The notes beneath the pieces are model-generated. The model was not told where the DNA came from. It was given only the letters and a program-made list of their open reading frames with translations, and did not search any database. Position numbers and translations under genes: made by a program. 64,000 nt of DNA from Eledone cirrhosa (taxonomy: Eukaryota): assembly GCA_964016885.1 (NCBI GenBank), contig OZ024752.1:2728001-2792000 (forward strand), written 5' to 3'. Below, piece by piece: positions 40,566 through 55,382 of this stretch; position 1 is the first letter of the stretch; the number at the start of each line of letters is the position of its first letter.

Positions 40566-41997
40566 GGTCCTCACACTGAACTGCTTCTCCTTCTCGGCTG
40601 AGTTTTACCAACAGGTCACTGGGGTAGCCATAGACACAAGAATGGGCCCAAACTATGCCAACCATTTCGTTGGCGATATTGAGCCCCAAAATCTTTTCCC
40701 AGTACACCGGCCCCACGCCCGAACTGTACGGTCGTTACATCGACGACTGCATCGGAGACACGACCCTGACCCGAGAACAGCTGACTCCTTTCTCTCCTAC
40801 TTCTGCTCCTTCCCCCCAATAATCCACTTCACCACCTCTATCTCCGCCACCCACGTCCACTTCTTGGACAGCTCCGTCGCCATCGACCCCTCACACTGCT
40901 CCCTCGTACCTCGGCCTTCTTCAAACCCATCTCCTCCCATTCCTACCTCAACTTCGCCTCCTCCCACCCTACACACACACCTAACACTCCATCCGGATCC
41001 GCGGCATCTGCAGCCGAGATGCTGACTTCGAGTCCCAGGCCCTTTCTCTAGTCAGCCAGTTCATCCGAAGAGATTACCCACCCTCCCTCGCCCACACTTA
41101 AAACCTCCCTCACCCCACCCACCTTCTCGTATCCCACCTCAACTACCGCTCTTCCACCCTACCTATCCACCGTGCCATCTTCCGCCTCTTCAGACGCATC
41201 CATCTAACCTCGTCTATGGACTTCGCTGCATAGAGTGCACCGCAACATACATCGGTCAGACGGGCCGTCGCCTGGCAGATCGGATCACGGACCACCTCCG
41301 CGATGTTCGTCTCGGCGGTAGTTCACCCATCGCTCGCCACTTGGACTCAGCTGGTCTGCGGCCTGATCCAATGCTATGGGACGAACTCCTCACCCCTTTT
41401 CCTTTAGCATTTGACCGCCTACATCTCTCCCCCCACACACATATTCCACTATCACCACTAACACACTCCCCGTTTCACCGCCTCCTCCACCACCAACCAT
41501 CCCCACCCCCTGAGCCACACTAAGAATACTAACCCCACCCTTGCCCCACGACCATCCCTCCCGACTAATAATACTTATATCTCCACACACCCCTAGCACC
41601 CACGCACCCACACACCCCATACGCACACACCCACATGTATATATATATACACGCACTCACACTATTCACACACGCCACTACCACCACTAACCCCCCACCC
41701 ACACCTACACACCTGACCACCCCACCACTTAGACCCCCAACCCACCTTCCCCCTCACGGCACGCACACATGAACATACACCATTACACATACACGCACCC
41801 GCACCTACGTACACACTGATACACCACCCACTCCACACACACACACTACCACCACCAAACCCCACTTATACACACGGATTCAACCCCTAACACTCTCTCT
41901 CTACCACACACACACAGATCCAAATACGCACACACACACCAGTACACTACACTCCCTCTTATCACACTATCTCTTTCTCTCTTCGACACAAACACTA

Positions 41998-42029
<32 letters not shown>

Positions 42030-42524
42030 GCAAACTAATTATCTTTCCCACACACACTGTTTCTCTCTCTCTCTCTCTCTCTCTCTCCCTTTCACACTCT
42101 TTCACACACACATACACATACTATCTCTCTCCTTCACATACATATACATTATCTCTATATCCCTCTCTCTCATACATGCACATACATATTCATTCACACA
42201 CTCTCTCCACACATACTTTTAACAAACTCACCAAATCACATACTGCCTTTCCCTACACATAGTCGGTCAGTCACTCACACACACACATATATATACATAC
42301 ACTGCCCACTGCTATCTCCTCACCCGCCTTGACCCTTTGACAACTTCCTGTTGCGCACCCCGCCCAGATCGCTCCATTTCCGCTCTACCATACCACACCA
42401 GGATTTTATACCATCGCTCACCTTTCCAGCTATCCAAGCTAACATCCTATCACAGGCAGAATCTCCAGCTTCTTGTCTCCCACTCCATGGTTACACCACA
42501 GGAGCATACATACAAACAAACACT

Positions 42525-42712
42525 TGGTGAATTGGAAGTATCGGTAGAGGGTTGGACGCCATGCTTTCTACCATAGTTACGTCCCTTTACAGTCCGAGTT
42601 CAAATCCCGCCGAGGTTAACTTGGCCTTTCATCCTTACGGGGTCGATAAAATAAAGTACCAGTAATGTACTGGATATTTGCTGGCCTTGTGCCTAAAGTA
42701 GAAACAATTATT
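42525..42712 (+). mobile_element. SINE family A
   Basis: Full body matching 9353-9538. Confidence 0.9.
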
Positions 42713-42719
42713 TACGAAC

Positions 42720-43178
42720 AACGCCATCATAAGAAAACAGCACAGCTCCCATGACTTTCGCAGACATTTTTTCACGCTCAGAGTTGCTGAAGCATGGAAC
42801 AAACTGCCTGCGTCAATTGTTAGCTGCCGAGACACTGCATCCTTTAAGACACTCATACTTCCCGAAATACGCCAAAACTACATCTGATGTACCCCTTCCA
42901 TACACATGCACACATGTGTGTATCATGACTCGTGCACTGTTCATTTTACTGATGTTTGTGCATTGCCCTATGCACTGTACATGCACTTTTTTGATGAGTT
43001 GTGGTGCACCTGGGCACTGTACACAATATTTCATTATTGTTATTGTTATTATATCATGACTCATACACTATTCACTTCCCTGACATTTGTACATTATTCT
43101 ATGTACTATACATACACCTTTGATGAGTTGTAGTGCACCTGAGCACTGTACACAATAATTTCATTATTATTATTATTA
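42720..43178 (+). mobile_element. CR1-clade LINE 3' end with tandemly duplicated 3' UTR
   Basis: 'RRHFFTLRVAEAWNKLPASIVSCRDTASFK' then a stop; ...GAGTTGT.GTGCACCTG.GCACTGTACACAATA.TTCATTATT occurs twice (~42995-43050, ~43125-43178). Confidence 0.85.
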
Positions 43179-44176
43179 TATATCAATACCACATATAAAC
43201 ACACACACGTGCGTATACCCACATATACACACACTCAGCCTCCGGACTCCACACGCCCCCTCTACCCCACCTCCTCTGACGCATCACCATCCACACGCAC
43301 ACACACACACCGACTTACACCCCACCTCATGTACACAACGGGCTTCTTTTTACCTGAACGTGGAATCTCGTTCTTCACCCACCTCTCACATACACGAACA
43401 CCCACATACACGTACACCTACACCCCATTCCGCCCTCCCAACTCGGACCCCTGTCTCCCTCTCCCCTCTCCACTCCCATCCAGCCACCACCACCCCTGCA
43501 CGCTTCACACCCTTTCACCACTTGTTTCTTTTTATTTAAAAAAACATTTTTCTAGTCTTCAAAAATAATTTTTTTTCCTCTCTCTTCTTTCAATCATTTT
43601 TTGTTTATGTATTTCCACCACTCCCCCACACACACTCGGAACTCTCTTCCTACCAACTTTTCTCACGATGAAGGGCTTATGCCCGAAACGCGATCCCCCA
43701 CCTCGAGTCTCAAACGTGAAACTAATAATAACTAATAACATTGTACCGTCCTTTTGTTTTTGTTTTTTTGTTTTATGTCTACTTAAAAAAAAAATGATGA
43801 TTTCTCACGAATGAAACAGTTCTAGTCCTGTAGAAGCTCTTCTTTATTAAAACTATCATACTCTGCTATGTATTGAGTACCTTACTTACTGTGGTTACCT
43901 CCGATTCAACCCGGAAAAACTTTTATATATATATATATATATATATATAATTATTAATAATAATAAAATTCTTCGCTTAAACTTTAATCTGTTATTTTAA
44001 TAAATATATATATATATATATAAATACAATATTGGAGAAAGTTTTTTAGCGATACTCCGGCCAAATTCCAACTCACTCAACAAACATTAGGAAATACGTG
44101 ATTATATTCCCAATTGTGCGTTCGGGGTGCTGTCTAAAAGTATTGCGTGGAAAATTGGCTGTATTATTTCATATGA

Positions 44177-44217
<41 letters not shown>

Positions 44218-44364
44218 ATACTTGGGGAGTGTCATATTTGTGTAATATTGCCAGAATTAATAACAGAACACACTCACTGTTTGGTTGGTTTTCGCTTCTC
44301 GCTGTCTTTTATATCGGTAATCTAACTTACTCGGTCCTCAATGTTGCCATTGACTGACCGACGG

Positions 44365-44473
44365 AAATACAGTGTCTTGCTCAAGAAAACAACACATCAC
44401 CCGGTCTGAGAATTGAACTCACAACCTTTCGATTGCAAGCCCAATGCTATAACCACTAAGCCATGTACCTCCA
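44365..44473 (-). mobile_element. CORE-type SINE head (tRNA-like)
   Basis: TGGCTTAGTGGTTA...GAGTTCAATTC...GTGTTGTTTTCTTGAGCAAGACACT on the minus strand. Confidence 0.75.
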
Positions 44474-44515
44474 TATATATATATACATATATATATATAT
44501 ACATATATATATATA

Positions 44516-44788
44516 CAGACCGGGTGATGTGTTGTTTCCTTGAGCAAGCCACTGTATTTCTCATTGCTCATGTTTACTCAGCTGTAGAAATGAGATGATA
44601 GGGACTGGGGTCCCTATCATTCCACTGCAAAGTGGTCGTGTAGGTGCCACGGCAAAAAGCACCCAGCACTCACTGTAAATGAGCTTGGTGTTAGGAAGGG
44701 CATCCAGCTGTAGAAATCAGGCTAGAATCAGTCCCCCCCCCTTGCAAGCAGGGAAAAGCGGACGTAAAATGATGATGATGATGATGAT
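44516..44788 (+). mobile_element. Headless SINE: CORE-like segment plus V-domain-like segment and (GAT)n tail
   Basis: CCTTGAGCAAG...ACTCAGCTGTAGAAATGAG, then TGGTGTTAGGAAGGGCATCCAGCTGTAGAAA...GGACGTAAAATGATGATG. Confidence 0.7.
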
Positions 44789-46172
44789 ATATATATTAGT
44801 ATACAATATGTAAGGAAAAACCATATTAAAATATCAAATCATTCATGCACGTTTTAGTACTAATGGTGAAATGTCTTGTGGCGTCAGACATTTCTATTTA
44901 TATTCAGATTTCCAATCCTGTGGATGTAAATTATGTCTCTTCATTCCAACATTGAGAAGATATAGACCTAATGTCATACTAGGGTCGATTTAACCACCGT
45001 ATCCTTTCCCCTAATGTGCTAAATCACAAATCATTAATATGTCACAAATGATTCATATTTATATGTAATTTGATACTTTAAATTTTCAACGGAAGAATAG
45101 AAGATGCTGGATTTTCCCAATAATTCCTGAGTTTTCTCAAAAGTTATAAATGCATAAGACCAACATTTCTCACAAATTCTTATCATTTTATATCTTCATA
45201 ACACAGAACTGGGGAATATAAATATTTTGAAAGTTTTGGCTATATAAATGAAATAATTACTTGTATACGCCAACCATAATAGATATATGAATACCAAGGT
45301 GGAATTGAGAGGTGTAGCTCTTAATTAGACTGAATAATGTGTTGACATTGATCCCGTTATATAATGGAGATGTTAACAGGTTTGTCCTTAAGGGGTTAAT
45401 AAATAATGAGTAAATATTTACCCGGAGATGTAATAATAAGCATGAGATTTATTATTGAAATTATAACATTAACGCGTACATTGCACGCGTTCAGTTGTTA
45501 ATTGGCAGTGTGGATCTTTGAAATTGTTTATGGTAATTCAAAATAATTAGTTAACTTGGGATAATGCTAAGAAATTATTTGCCCGATGGAAAGATATACC
45601 ATGTTATCGATTCTATCTCATAGAATTTGAGATATAATTGATGAAATAATTGTGAAATCTGCAATTTTTGAATACTGTTTTAATTTTGATTTCTATACTT
45701 AACATGTTTAAAGTTGGCTTCATCATGTGTCGTTTCCACTGATGTCAATAGTGCTGATAATATGCTTATGGAACGTTATCGAACAAAACATATAACGTAA
45801 AATACCATTGAATGTGCGAGAAGCTGCAAAACGTTCTCTTGGTTCCGAGAAGCTTACTAATCCATTCAAGAGGAAGACGTTAAAATTATATTTTAGAAGG
45901 AATATGTAATTTACTTGAAACAGTGTATATATGGTATAAAGAATTCAAAGTTTGAAAGCCACGACAATGCGAAATGGACGAATAAACAAATAATTAAATT
46001 GTAAGAAACGAGTAGTTTTTACATAATTTTATATGTCCTGATTTTTCGAGAGTAATATCTCCAAATACCATAACTATTATTATTTCTATGTTTCAGCTGA
46101 TATCACAGATATATTATATATGTACTGGTAATTGAATTAAATGTATATATGTTATTGTCTGACATATATTAA

Positions 46173-46353
46173 TGGCAGTATCGGTAGAGGGTCGGACGCT
46201 ATGCGTTGACGCATAGAGTTACAGCCCTTGCCATTCTGAGTTCAAATCTCGCCCAGGTTAACTTTGCCTTTCATCCTTACGGGGTCGATAAAATAAAGTA
46301 CGAGTAATGCACTGAGTAATTGCTGGCCTTGTGCCAAAAGTAGAAACAATTAT
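46173..46353 (+). mobile_element. SINE family A
   Basis: TGGCAGTATCGGTAGAGGGTCGGAC...AGTAGAAACAATTATT. Confidence 0.9.
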
Positions 46354-46433
46354 TGAAACATAAATATAATATTTCTTTTGGATTATTTTTATGATTATCT
46401 ATATGTATGTATATTTCTATCTATCTATATATC

Positions 46434-46914
46434 TGTAGCGACTTGGTTAGTCAGTCTGGTCACTACTTTTGATCAGATCCGAGAATAGCCCTTAAAAGGA
46501 CTGTTATCGCATACGGTCTGATCGGATCTGAGGGTAGCCCTTAAAAGGACTGTTGTCTCATACGGTAAGGATGAACAGACGAAAGCACAAGTTGACGAGC
46601 AAGGCGAGAGATGTAGTTTCGGTCAGCTATTTATTTTCATACATGAAGCCACGATACAGAGGTACAATGCGTGTGTGAGTGACAAGCGTGGCAGAGGAGA
46701 GGAACAACGATACGCGAGTTGACTCTGGCAAATGTCGTTGGCGAAAGTGTTTGGTATCACTCTATTTATACAAAAATAATCGTTTGATGTTTAGCCGCTG
46801 CATAGGCTTTTTATTTTGGTGGCTCTAAGGGTTGTTTGTTTCACGGTGAAGTAGCTAGCTTAGCAGATAGATGGAGCTGTTTATTTCACAGATGTTATTT
46901 CCGGTGGCTGTACA
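46434..46914 (-). mobile_element. Solo LTR (481 bp), Gypsy-like
   Basis: TGTA...TACA termini, 4-bp TSD TATC on both sides, TATAAATA then AATAAA on the minus strand, internal 49-bp tandem duplication (46471/46520). Confidence 0.75.
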
Positions 46915-47989
46915 TATCTATGAATGTGTGTGTATCTATATATCAAAGAAGACATGTACAGAATGTTGCCAATTATGGTCACTATGGCATTTCCTCCTGT
47001 CGGACGTATCACGTGCAACGTTACTTATCTTGAAGATACCAACCTGACTTGAAGACTACCAAAACAGGCTTTGTTGTATACCTACTAAAAACTTGCTGCT
47101 AGAAATTCGGATTACTCTTTCGAAATTGGAGTACTAATTCCACAATTTCATTCCTAATTCTAAATAATATGTTTCTGTAGTTTGATGTAGTTGTCCCATG
47201 TTGATCTTATGTATATGTTCTTTGAGATGTATACACCAACAACATAGTTTCACAAAGCGAGGCTGGAAGTCTTAACGTTCTGTTATAACTTCCTACTAGT
47301 GTTGCTGTTGTTATTGGCAAGGACTGTCATATATTCTGACACAACAAAGCTCTAAGGTAAATATATATCTCGTATATCATTCATTCATCACACACAGAAA
47401 ATGTTTTTGCTGGTAAAACAGGAATCAGACTTAGGGGAGACAAAGGGATAAATTGGGATATAATGAGAATACAAATAAAATATAAAAGAGAATGTGAGGA
47501 TTCTCATTATTAGTAAATTTAGTTACGATTGTGCGGTCTGTTGAAGGTATGAATAGAAATGTATAAACATATAACCGCAATGAAATATAATGTTGTGTAT
47601 GGTGACGGGCATGGGATGAAATACAGAATAAACAATTGCGACACCATACATTATTTCTTTAGCAAACATTTGTGTTCCTCCTTATTTTAGAATTTAAGAG
47701 AAATCTTGCGATGAGAAGTTGACAGATTTTCTAGTTACGAAATATTAACTTCTCTACAAGAATATATTTGAATAATGTAATGCTAATATATATATATTTC
47801 CATGCATTAAACAGAAGACAACAAATATGCACCTATGACTTTCTGTGTTTCCAATGCTAATGATATTGTTGCTGTTATTCTTTCTCTCTATAATCTGCTA
47901 AGCGCCGCCCGAAGAAGAAATAAGGGAATGAAACCCTCAGCAGCCTCGTTAATGTAAGACTAGAAAGTAGGTAATGCATAGGTGATAAG

Positions 47990-48660
47990 TTATATATATA
48001 CTTGCTGAGATGCACATGATACTGACTTTGATTGTCAAAATATGTGTAAAATATCGAGATTGAACTTTGGCTTGTGTCGTTAGTGATGACGAATAGATTC
48101 TGATAGTCACTGCCAAGTTCATGATAATGTAGAGGTACTGTGATAATATTGGTGACACATATGCCAGTGATTGAGTAGATGTGTTGTAGTGGCATTGAAT
48201 CTGTTTGGTTTGAAGCAGATGAATTTATATATATATTTAATTGAGATAATCCATAAGAATTTCTTTGCACTGTTGCTATTTGTCGTTGACAGTTTTTGGT
48301 GTATATACAAGTATATTCATTTTTATGTGTAGAGGGTAAGACGTGCTAGTGTATTATGAAATGATAATAGTCGGTAGTGATGAGGTGTAGATTGTAGGTT
48401 AGGGTTGCAAGTATTCATAAATGTTTTGGCAGATATAATCTATCTAAGTTTGCGCTATGCACACATATATTGTTGTGGCCTTGGTCCGGGATTTGTGTAA
48501 AATACACGAGCTATATTATGGTTGTTGAGCGAACACGTAGATGAAGCATCGTTGGCTTCGTGGTGTTAAAGTTGGTGCTGTTGAGGTATTGATGGTGCCT
48601 CTTCGTGACGTATTTACGAGATGACGTTTGCAGTACTTTAGATGCATAAATCTCATATTG
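47990..48660 (-). mobile_element. Decayed LINE APE endonuclease relic
   Basis: 'YSITGICVTN...HELGSDYQNLFV' resembles the S.IDL...GSDH motif. Confidence 0.35.
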
Positions 48661-49165
48661 GATTTCTCTTTCATTTAAAACAGAGAATTGTTGTTAAATG
48701 AAAATTCGACGATAAAATCAATAAGTAATTAATTCATTGCTGCTTGCAATAATTTCAGGTTTCATCAGAAAGTCACCTTTTCCATATATTCCTTTCCTTC
48801 ACTTAGAGAGAGTTTCGTTTCCCGAATAGGAATTTAATCAGACGTTCCTTAATTAATAAACCTTATCCACCTTTGATCTTAATTAAGTCTATTGTAGAAT
48901 GTCTTAAGGATGGGAGAAACATCTCGAGATATTTCCTGTTAGAGATAGTAAATAAATTTACGATATTTATTTTATTTAGTTATTTATTTAAATTTGTTTG
49001 TTGCTTCAGAATGTTTCAGTTGTTATGACGTAAATCTGCGGTCGTAATTATTTCAAGCATGAGTCGGCGTCCATGGTATTAAAAACTTGTATAATGTTCA
49101 TAGTTAACACACATACACGCAAGAGTACACACACGTGCACATTCACACATACACACACACATACA

Positions 49166-49196
<31 letters not shown>

Positions 49197-49805
49197 GTCA
49201 GGTCACCAGTTGGTGCTACTGGTAACATGTATCCCAGTACAACCTGTCTCATGGTCGGGTCGTTGGCGACTAAACTGGCAACCCCACCAAGGTTTCTTGG
49301 TGAGGAGGGTGACTTTGGACATCCTGCAGGACTAAAAACAAAACCTGTCAAAGGGCAAAGGAGCTCTTAAGAGTCAATGGCCATCCAAAATCACCGGGAG
49401 AGATGACCCCTTAGCCTTTGTCAAGGCAGAATTCTAGGAGAAGGAAAACTCTGATATAACACCTGCAACCCTGATGGTATCCAATGATGTTGACTTGTTC
49501 TTCTTTTTGGTAAATATCATCTTGGTTAAGAGAGTGGGACTGGCTTTGTGCAGTGCCTTTGCTCACTATAAAAGCTTCACGGCACAGGCATTGCTTTATA
49601 TCTGGAGATCTCTCTGCACTTGTCCTCACATGGTACCATGGGCCCAGCACTATGTGTCAATAATTGTCACAAGTGTAGTGTTTGTACCAGAGTTTTCAAG
49701 TCGCTGGCTGGACTAAAAAGTCACACTCGTTCAGCGCTTCGGTAGGGGTTCTCCTACATGGATATAAAGTAGTGGCCGTACTCAAAAACGAGTTGGCAGC
49801 CACCA

Positions 49806-49806
<1 letters not shown>
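49197..49806 (+). mobile_element. Bipartite non-autonomous RTE derivative (5' UTR fused to 3' end) in (TA)n
   Basis: RTE-type 5'-UTR motif TCTAGGAGAAGGAAAACTCTGA; terminal zinc-finger-like '[21 protein letters not shown]'; short 3' hairpin; (TA)n on both sides. Confidence 0.65.
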
Positions 49807-50850
<1,044 letters not shown>

Positions 50851-50943
50851 ATAATTATAAAATTAAATAAATACAAATAAATAAACAAACACACGTGGTA
50901 AGCAAATCCAGAAAATAAAATAAATATATACATATATAACTAA

Positions 50944-50978
<35 letters not shown>

Positions 50979-51194
50979 CACCCATATATACACTCATATA
51001 CATACTCACATGCATACACACTCATACGCACGCATATACTCTAAACTACACGTATAGATACATATATACAAATGTAGGTGTATATACATATATAACAAAA
51101 TATAGATACATTCACACACACACATATATATGAGAAAAAATACATACAACTACACACACACATACGCATATGTACACATACATACGCACGCACA

Positions 51195-51273
<79 letters not shown>

Positions 51274-51281
51274 ACATATAT

Positions 51282-52613
51282 AAAAAAGTGGAGGGGGTAT
51301 TCAATTAGTTGGAAAAACGACAAATAAAAATAAAAGTGTATAACAGATTTAGAGCAATCAAGAATCATAGACTAGGGCTATAACACCCCACTTGCCGATT
51401 TTGCAATGGGTAACCCCTGCTTGCCAAGGGAGACGTAAGATCTTCTTTGTATTCTTTTATCGCTTCCTTTATTTCCTTCCTTCCCCCCTCTCTCCTTAGT
51501 CCTTCTACCCCAGCTCTTCTCCTTTGTCGGCGTCTTTTCTCGCCCACCCGAGGCTGCCCTTTGGCCCCTTGTAGCCTTAGTACCCCCACCCCCTCCCCTA
51601 GTCTAGGATAGATTTGGCGGACTCCGCCCTTTATAGCAGTTGGTTTAGACCCCGGATACTTGTCCCCTTTTTCCGACCGCTCCCACTATTCTCTGTGCCC
51701 TCTATATTTCTTAGTGGCACTTATGCCTTATTTTTTCGTTTCAGTATTTCTTTCTTCGCTTTTCTTTTGGGCGGGGTGGATTCTGAATTTATTCTTCCGT
51801 ATTCTACCTTTACTTCGTACGAACTTTCATGTAGCTTGTTTTAGATCTTTTAGAGTTAGCATTAGTATTTATTTTTCTCGGGACTCAGAATTATTATCTC
51901 GTATTAGTTCACTTTGCTGCACTGGGTGGTTGCTGGAATTGTGCCCGGGATGGAAACCTTTATTGTTTATTTCGTGGTAGTCTCTTTAGTATTTTGGCCC
52001 CTTTTGTTGACCCGTCACCGTATCATTTACGTACTTATACCTCTTAAAAGGGTCCTCGCCTTATCCGTCCCACCTAGTTCTTTTACTTATTTCGTTATTT
52101 CTTTATTTCTTTCTTTACTTCTTTCTTTCTTTATTTATTTATTTATTCTAGACTAACAATAGCTAGAGACCTAAGTCGTAGAATTTAATTTACTTTACTT
52201 TTTTCTTTACACTCATTTGTTTTTCTTTACACTTATTTGCTTTTCTTCACTCTTAGTATTTTTTCTTTCCTATATATTTTTACCCCCCATTGTTCTACCT
52301 ACCGTTCCGACTTCCTCCCCCTCCCCCTCCCCTGTATCTTCTTTGACCTCATGCCCAGCTGTAGCTGGCACTACAAACGCTTGATTGGGGCTACTCCACC
52401 CCCTCCCCTCTTTCTCCTACTGGCAGGTTTAGCCACCATCTCCCCTACTAATTTGCAACCACAGAATTACTACTGATTTTTGACAATCACTTTGACCATA
52501 TATGGAATTACCCCTTGAGAAGATCGGCTATTTAAATACCAGGATAAATTTTCATATAGTCCAGAATTAGCCGTCGAAACGGCTTGAGCTCAGCTGTCGG
52601 GGTCTTACTGGTT

Positions 52614-52616
<3 letters not shown>
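51282..52616 (+). mobile_element. Probable Penelope-like 3' region (pyrimidine-rich tail ending in an HHR), bounded by (TA)n
   Basis: Same layout as the 40564 element; terminal HHR; possible GIY-YIG C-terminal remnant at the 5' end (weak). Confidence 0.55.
52504..52615 (+). ncRNA. Type I hammerhead ribozyme, U3:A8 core variant
   Basis: Stem I GGAAUU-ACCCC / GGGGU-cuuacu-GGUUCC; core UUGAGAA; stem II GA(u)CGGCUA/UAGCCGUC; GAA; stem III ACGGCU-ugagcuc-AGCUGU; GUC site at 52596-52598. Confidence 0.8.
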
Positions 52617-52658
<42 letters not shown>

Positions 52659-55329
52659 ATTGATGTATATGCAGAATTGTATGCATGCATATATGTATAT
52701 TCAGATGTGTGTAAATGTGTGTAAGTGTGTTTATGAAAAAAAGGTATATACGTAGATATACAACAATATATATGTGTTAGGGTATCTGTGTACACAATTG
52801 CTGTCTAGCTCCGGGATAGCTCTGTTCCAATAAGACCTACGATGAAATATGCTCCAACTGATATTAACCTGTCATTTCGTATATCACGGACTTTATTTTC
52901 TAGTTCATCCTATATTAAAGTGTTTGTGTCCTACTCTCTATATTGATACATAAAAACATCTAAGTTAAAATAGGGAAATATATCGGATTCATAAGAGAAC
53001 TGGTGGGCAATGTTGTAACATGGAAATATTTTTATAAGCATTTTTGAAGCCAACGAAGCGTGGTATTGGTAATAATCAGAGGAAACAGAAAATGTGTCAG
53101 GGCATAGGTGTTATCGCGGATAATGTGTAACAAAATATTAAAATTTGATTGTCAATTATAAAGTATGAACTATTTTAGCACATGACTGTCGTTTTGTTGA
53201 AAATCATGAAAACATGATTAATCTATTCTTAAATGCAATAATAAACATCAGAAAACAACTGTTACTGGCATGACCCCTGTCATAACATTTCCGTGAAATG
53301 TGCTAAGACTTCTTTTCAAGTTGCATTTCTCATCTAACAAAGGACCCTCTAATAAACCCAACCATCATGTTCCTTGGAATATTTAAGAATACATGGAGAT
53401 ATCTTATATAGACATATCATATACACAATAAGCTGATAAGTGTTTGATTACATAGAATCCTTGACAGTTAAACGTTGAGGTTCATAAACTTATCAAACTC
53501 TGAAACAATTTATATTAAATAATAAAAAATAAACAAATAAATATAAATATGATTTATTAAATAAAGTCCTAAAATGTGTTTATTGCAATACATATGCAAT
53601 CAATAACTACATTTCAAGACCCTTCCTTTCTTGTAATTTATAGATCTTTGAAATCAATTTTTTTTGTTACGTGTACATAGTCATTATTAACAACCATTGC
53701 TTCAAAAATATACAGGCATTTATTTCCATCGATACCTAGATAAAGGACAAATATCTATGAGATTTAAACAAATTCAAAACTTGAGTGGATGACCATTTGT
53801 GCTATAATATTCAGAAATTGGTTATATTTGATTTGAGATACTAGTTGTAATTTATTATATTGTTTGATAGGGTGTGCTTTGGGATTCAACCGGCAGGTGT
53901 TCCATCGTCTCCAGTCTGTGAATTCAGCGTATGTTAAACAGAAGTCGACCGCACCTGGTAAAATGAGATGGCTTATCAGATATAATTCCTGATATGACAT
54001 GATCATTTTAATAGAACTTTCAACGTGTCTAGGTCGCCGTTACCTTTTCCACGTCCAGAATTCTCATCTTAACGATTCAATTACCATTAAATGTTTCTAT
54101 TCAAATGGTAATTCATTTTTAATACCGAGTTGTGTCTATTAATTCTTAGAAGAAATATTACTACTGCTGATATATTTCTATATGTCCCTGTCTGATGTAT
54201 TGTTTTCTCAGCGCGAGAGTAGTTATGATTGGTAGAAACATTTCCTTTTTTACATTACCTATATCAGTTGCAAGATCAGTACATATTTTTAATGTAGAAA
54301 ATATCTCCTAAACATTTACGAACATAATTATTTTAAAACGCTGAATCAGTGAGAAGTGAGCATTAAATTTCCATGCAATTTAGTCAGACTAATAGCTAGA
54401 AAATATGGGGGGGAATTTCACATTGCTAACATGATAATATAGGGCTGATATTATACAGAATTATTAACACATTTACTTAAGATCCGTTTACACATCACGA
54501 CCAATCTAATTTTAATCAGCTTGAAATTGGAATGTGTCTATCTTACATGTCATGAGAATTAGGATTACCATAAATGAGTATAATTTTTATTTTTTCATTT
54601 TTTTCAAAACGGATGAAATTTTAATTCATTAAGATTTAAGTTTGGACGTTTATATTAATTATTTTAGCCTCAAATAATGTATTATTTTACTTGATTGTTT
54701 CTTTTTGTAAATTCATGGATATGGAATACTTTAGTTTAATGAATTATATATCAATTAATTTCAGTAGTTAAAAAGGCAACATACTCTTTTATTTGCGTAT
54801 TTAGTTGTATAAGATATAGAATTTTTGTTTTCAAAGGATGTAGTAGATTCAGACCAAAGTAATATGTTGTTGAGATAATATCTAAAATGTTGATCGTATC
54901 ACCTCATTCTTGACACACTGTGACAATAGTGAAGATATTAAATAAGTGATGTGTTTGCCCACCCACCTGACAAACGGGTACAGCGAAGCGTACGAAGATA
55001 AGAATCAATACACTAATACACATACACGTACGCACACACAGATATATAAATATATCTGAGTACATGTGCGCGAGCGTGTGTGAGTATATACATATGTATT
55101 TATGAACATGTTTAAATAGACATCTACCTATTAATACACCCCCACCCACTCTCACATACACGCACAAATATATATATATATAAATAGTATTTCGGTTCAA
55201 GCATAGCTTTATACAAATATGTATAGAAATGTCGTATTTCTAAAGAAACACGGTTTTAAGAAGCTGTAGCTATCCAAACACCGGGGGGGGGGGGCTAACG
55301 CTCTATGGTGGTGTCCAGGAAAAGCGAGG

Positions 55330-55382
55330 GGGACAATCGTCTATGCATTTCAGGCTTGACTGGCCTTCGTCAGGACGGTCCC
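55330..55382 (-). ncRNA. Minimal type I hammerhead ribozyme with palindromic loop III
   Basis: GGGAC-CGUC CUGACGA AGGC-cagucaa-GCCU GAAA ugca UA GACG-auu-GUCCC. Confidence 0.85.
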
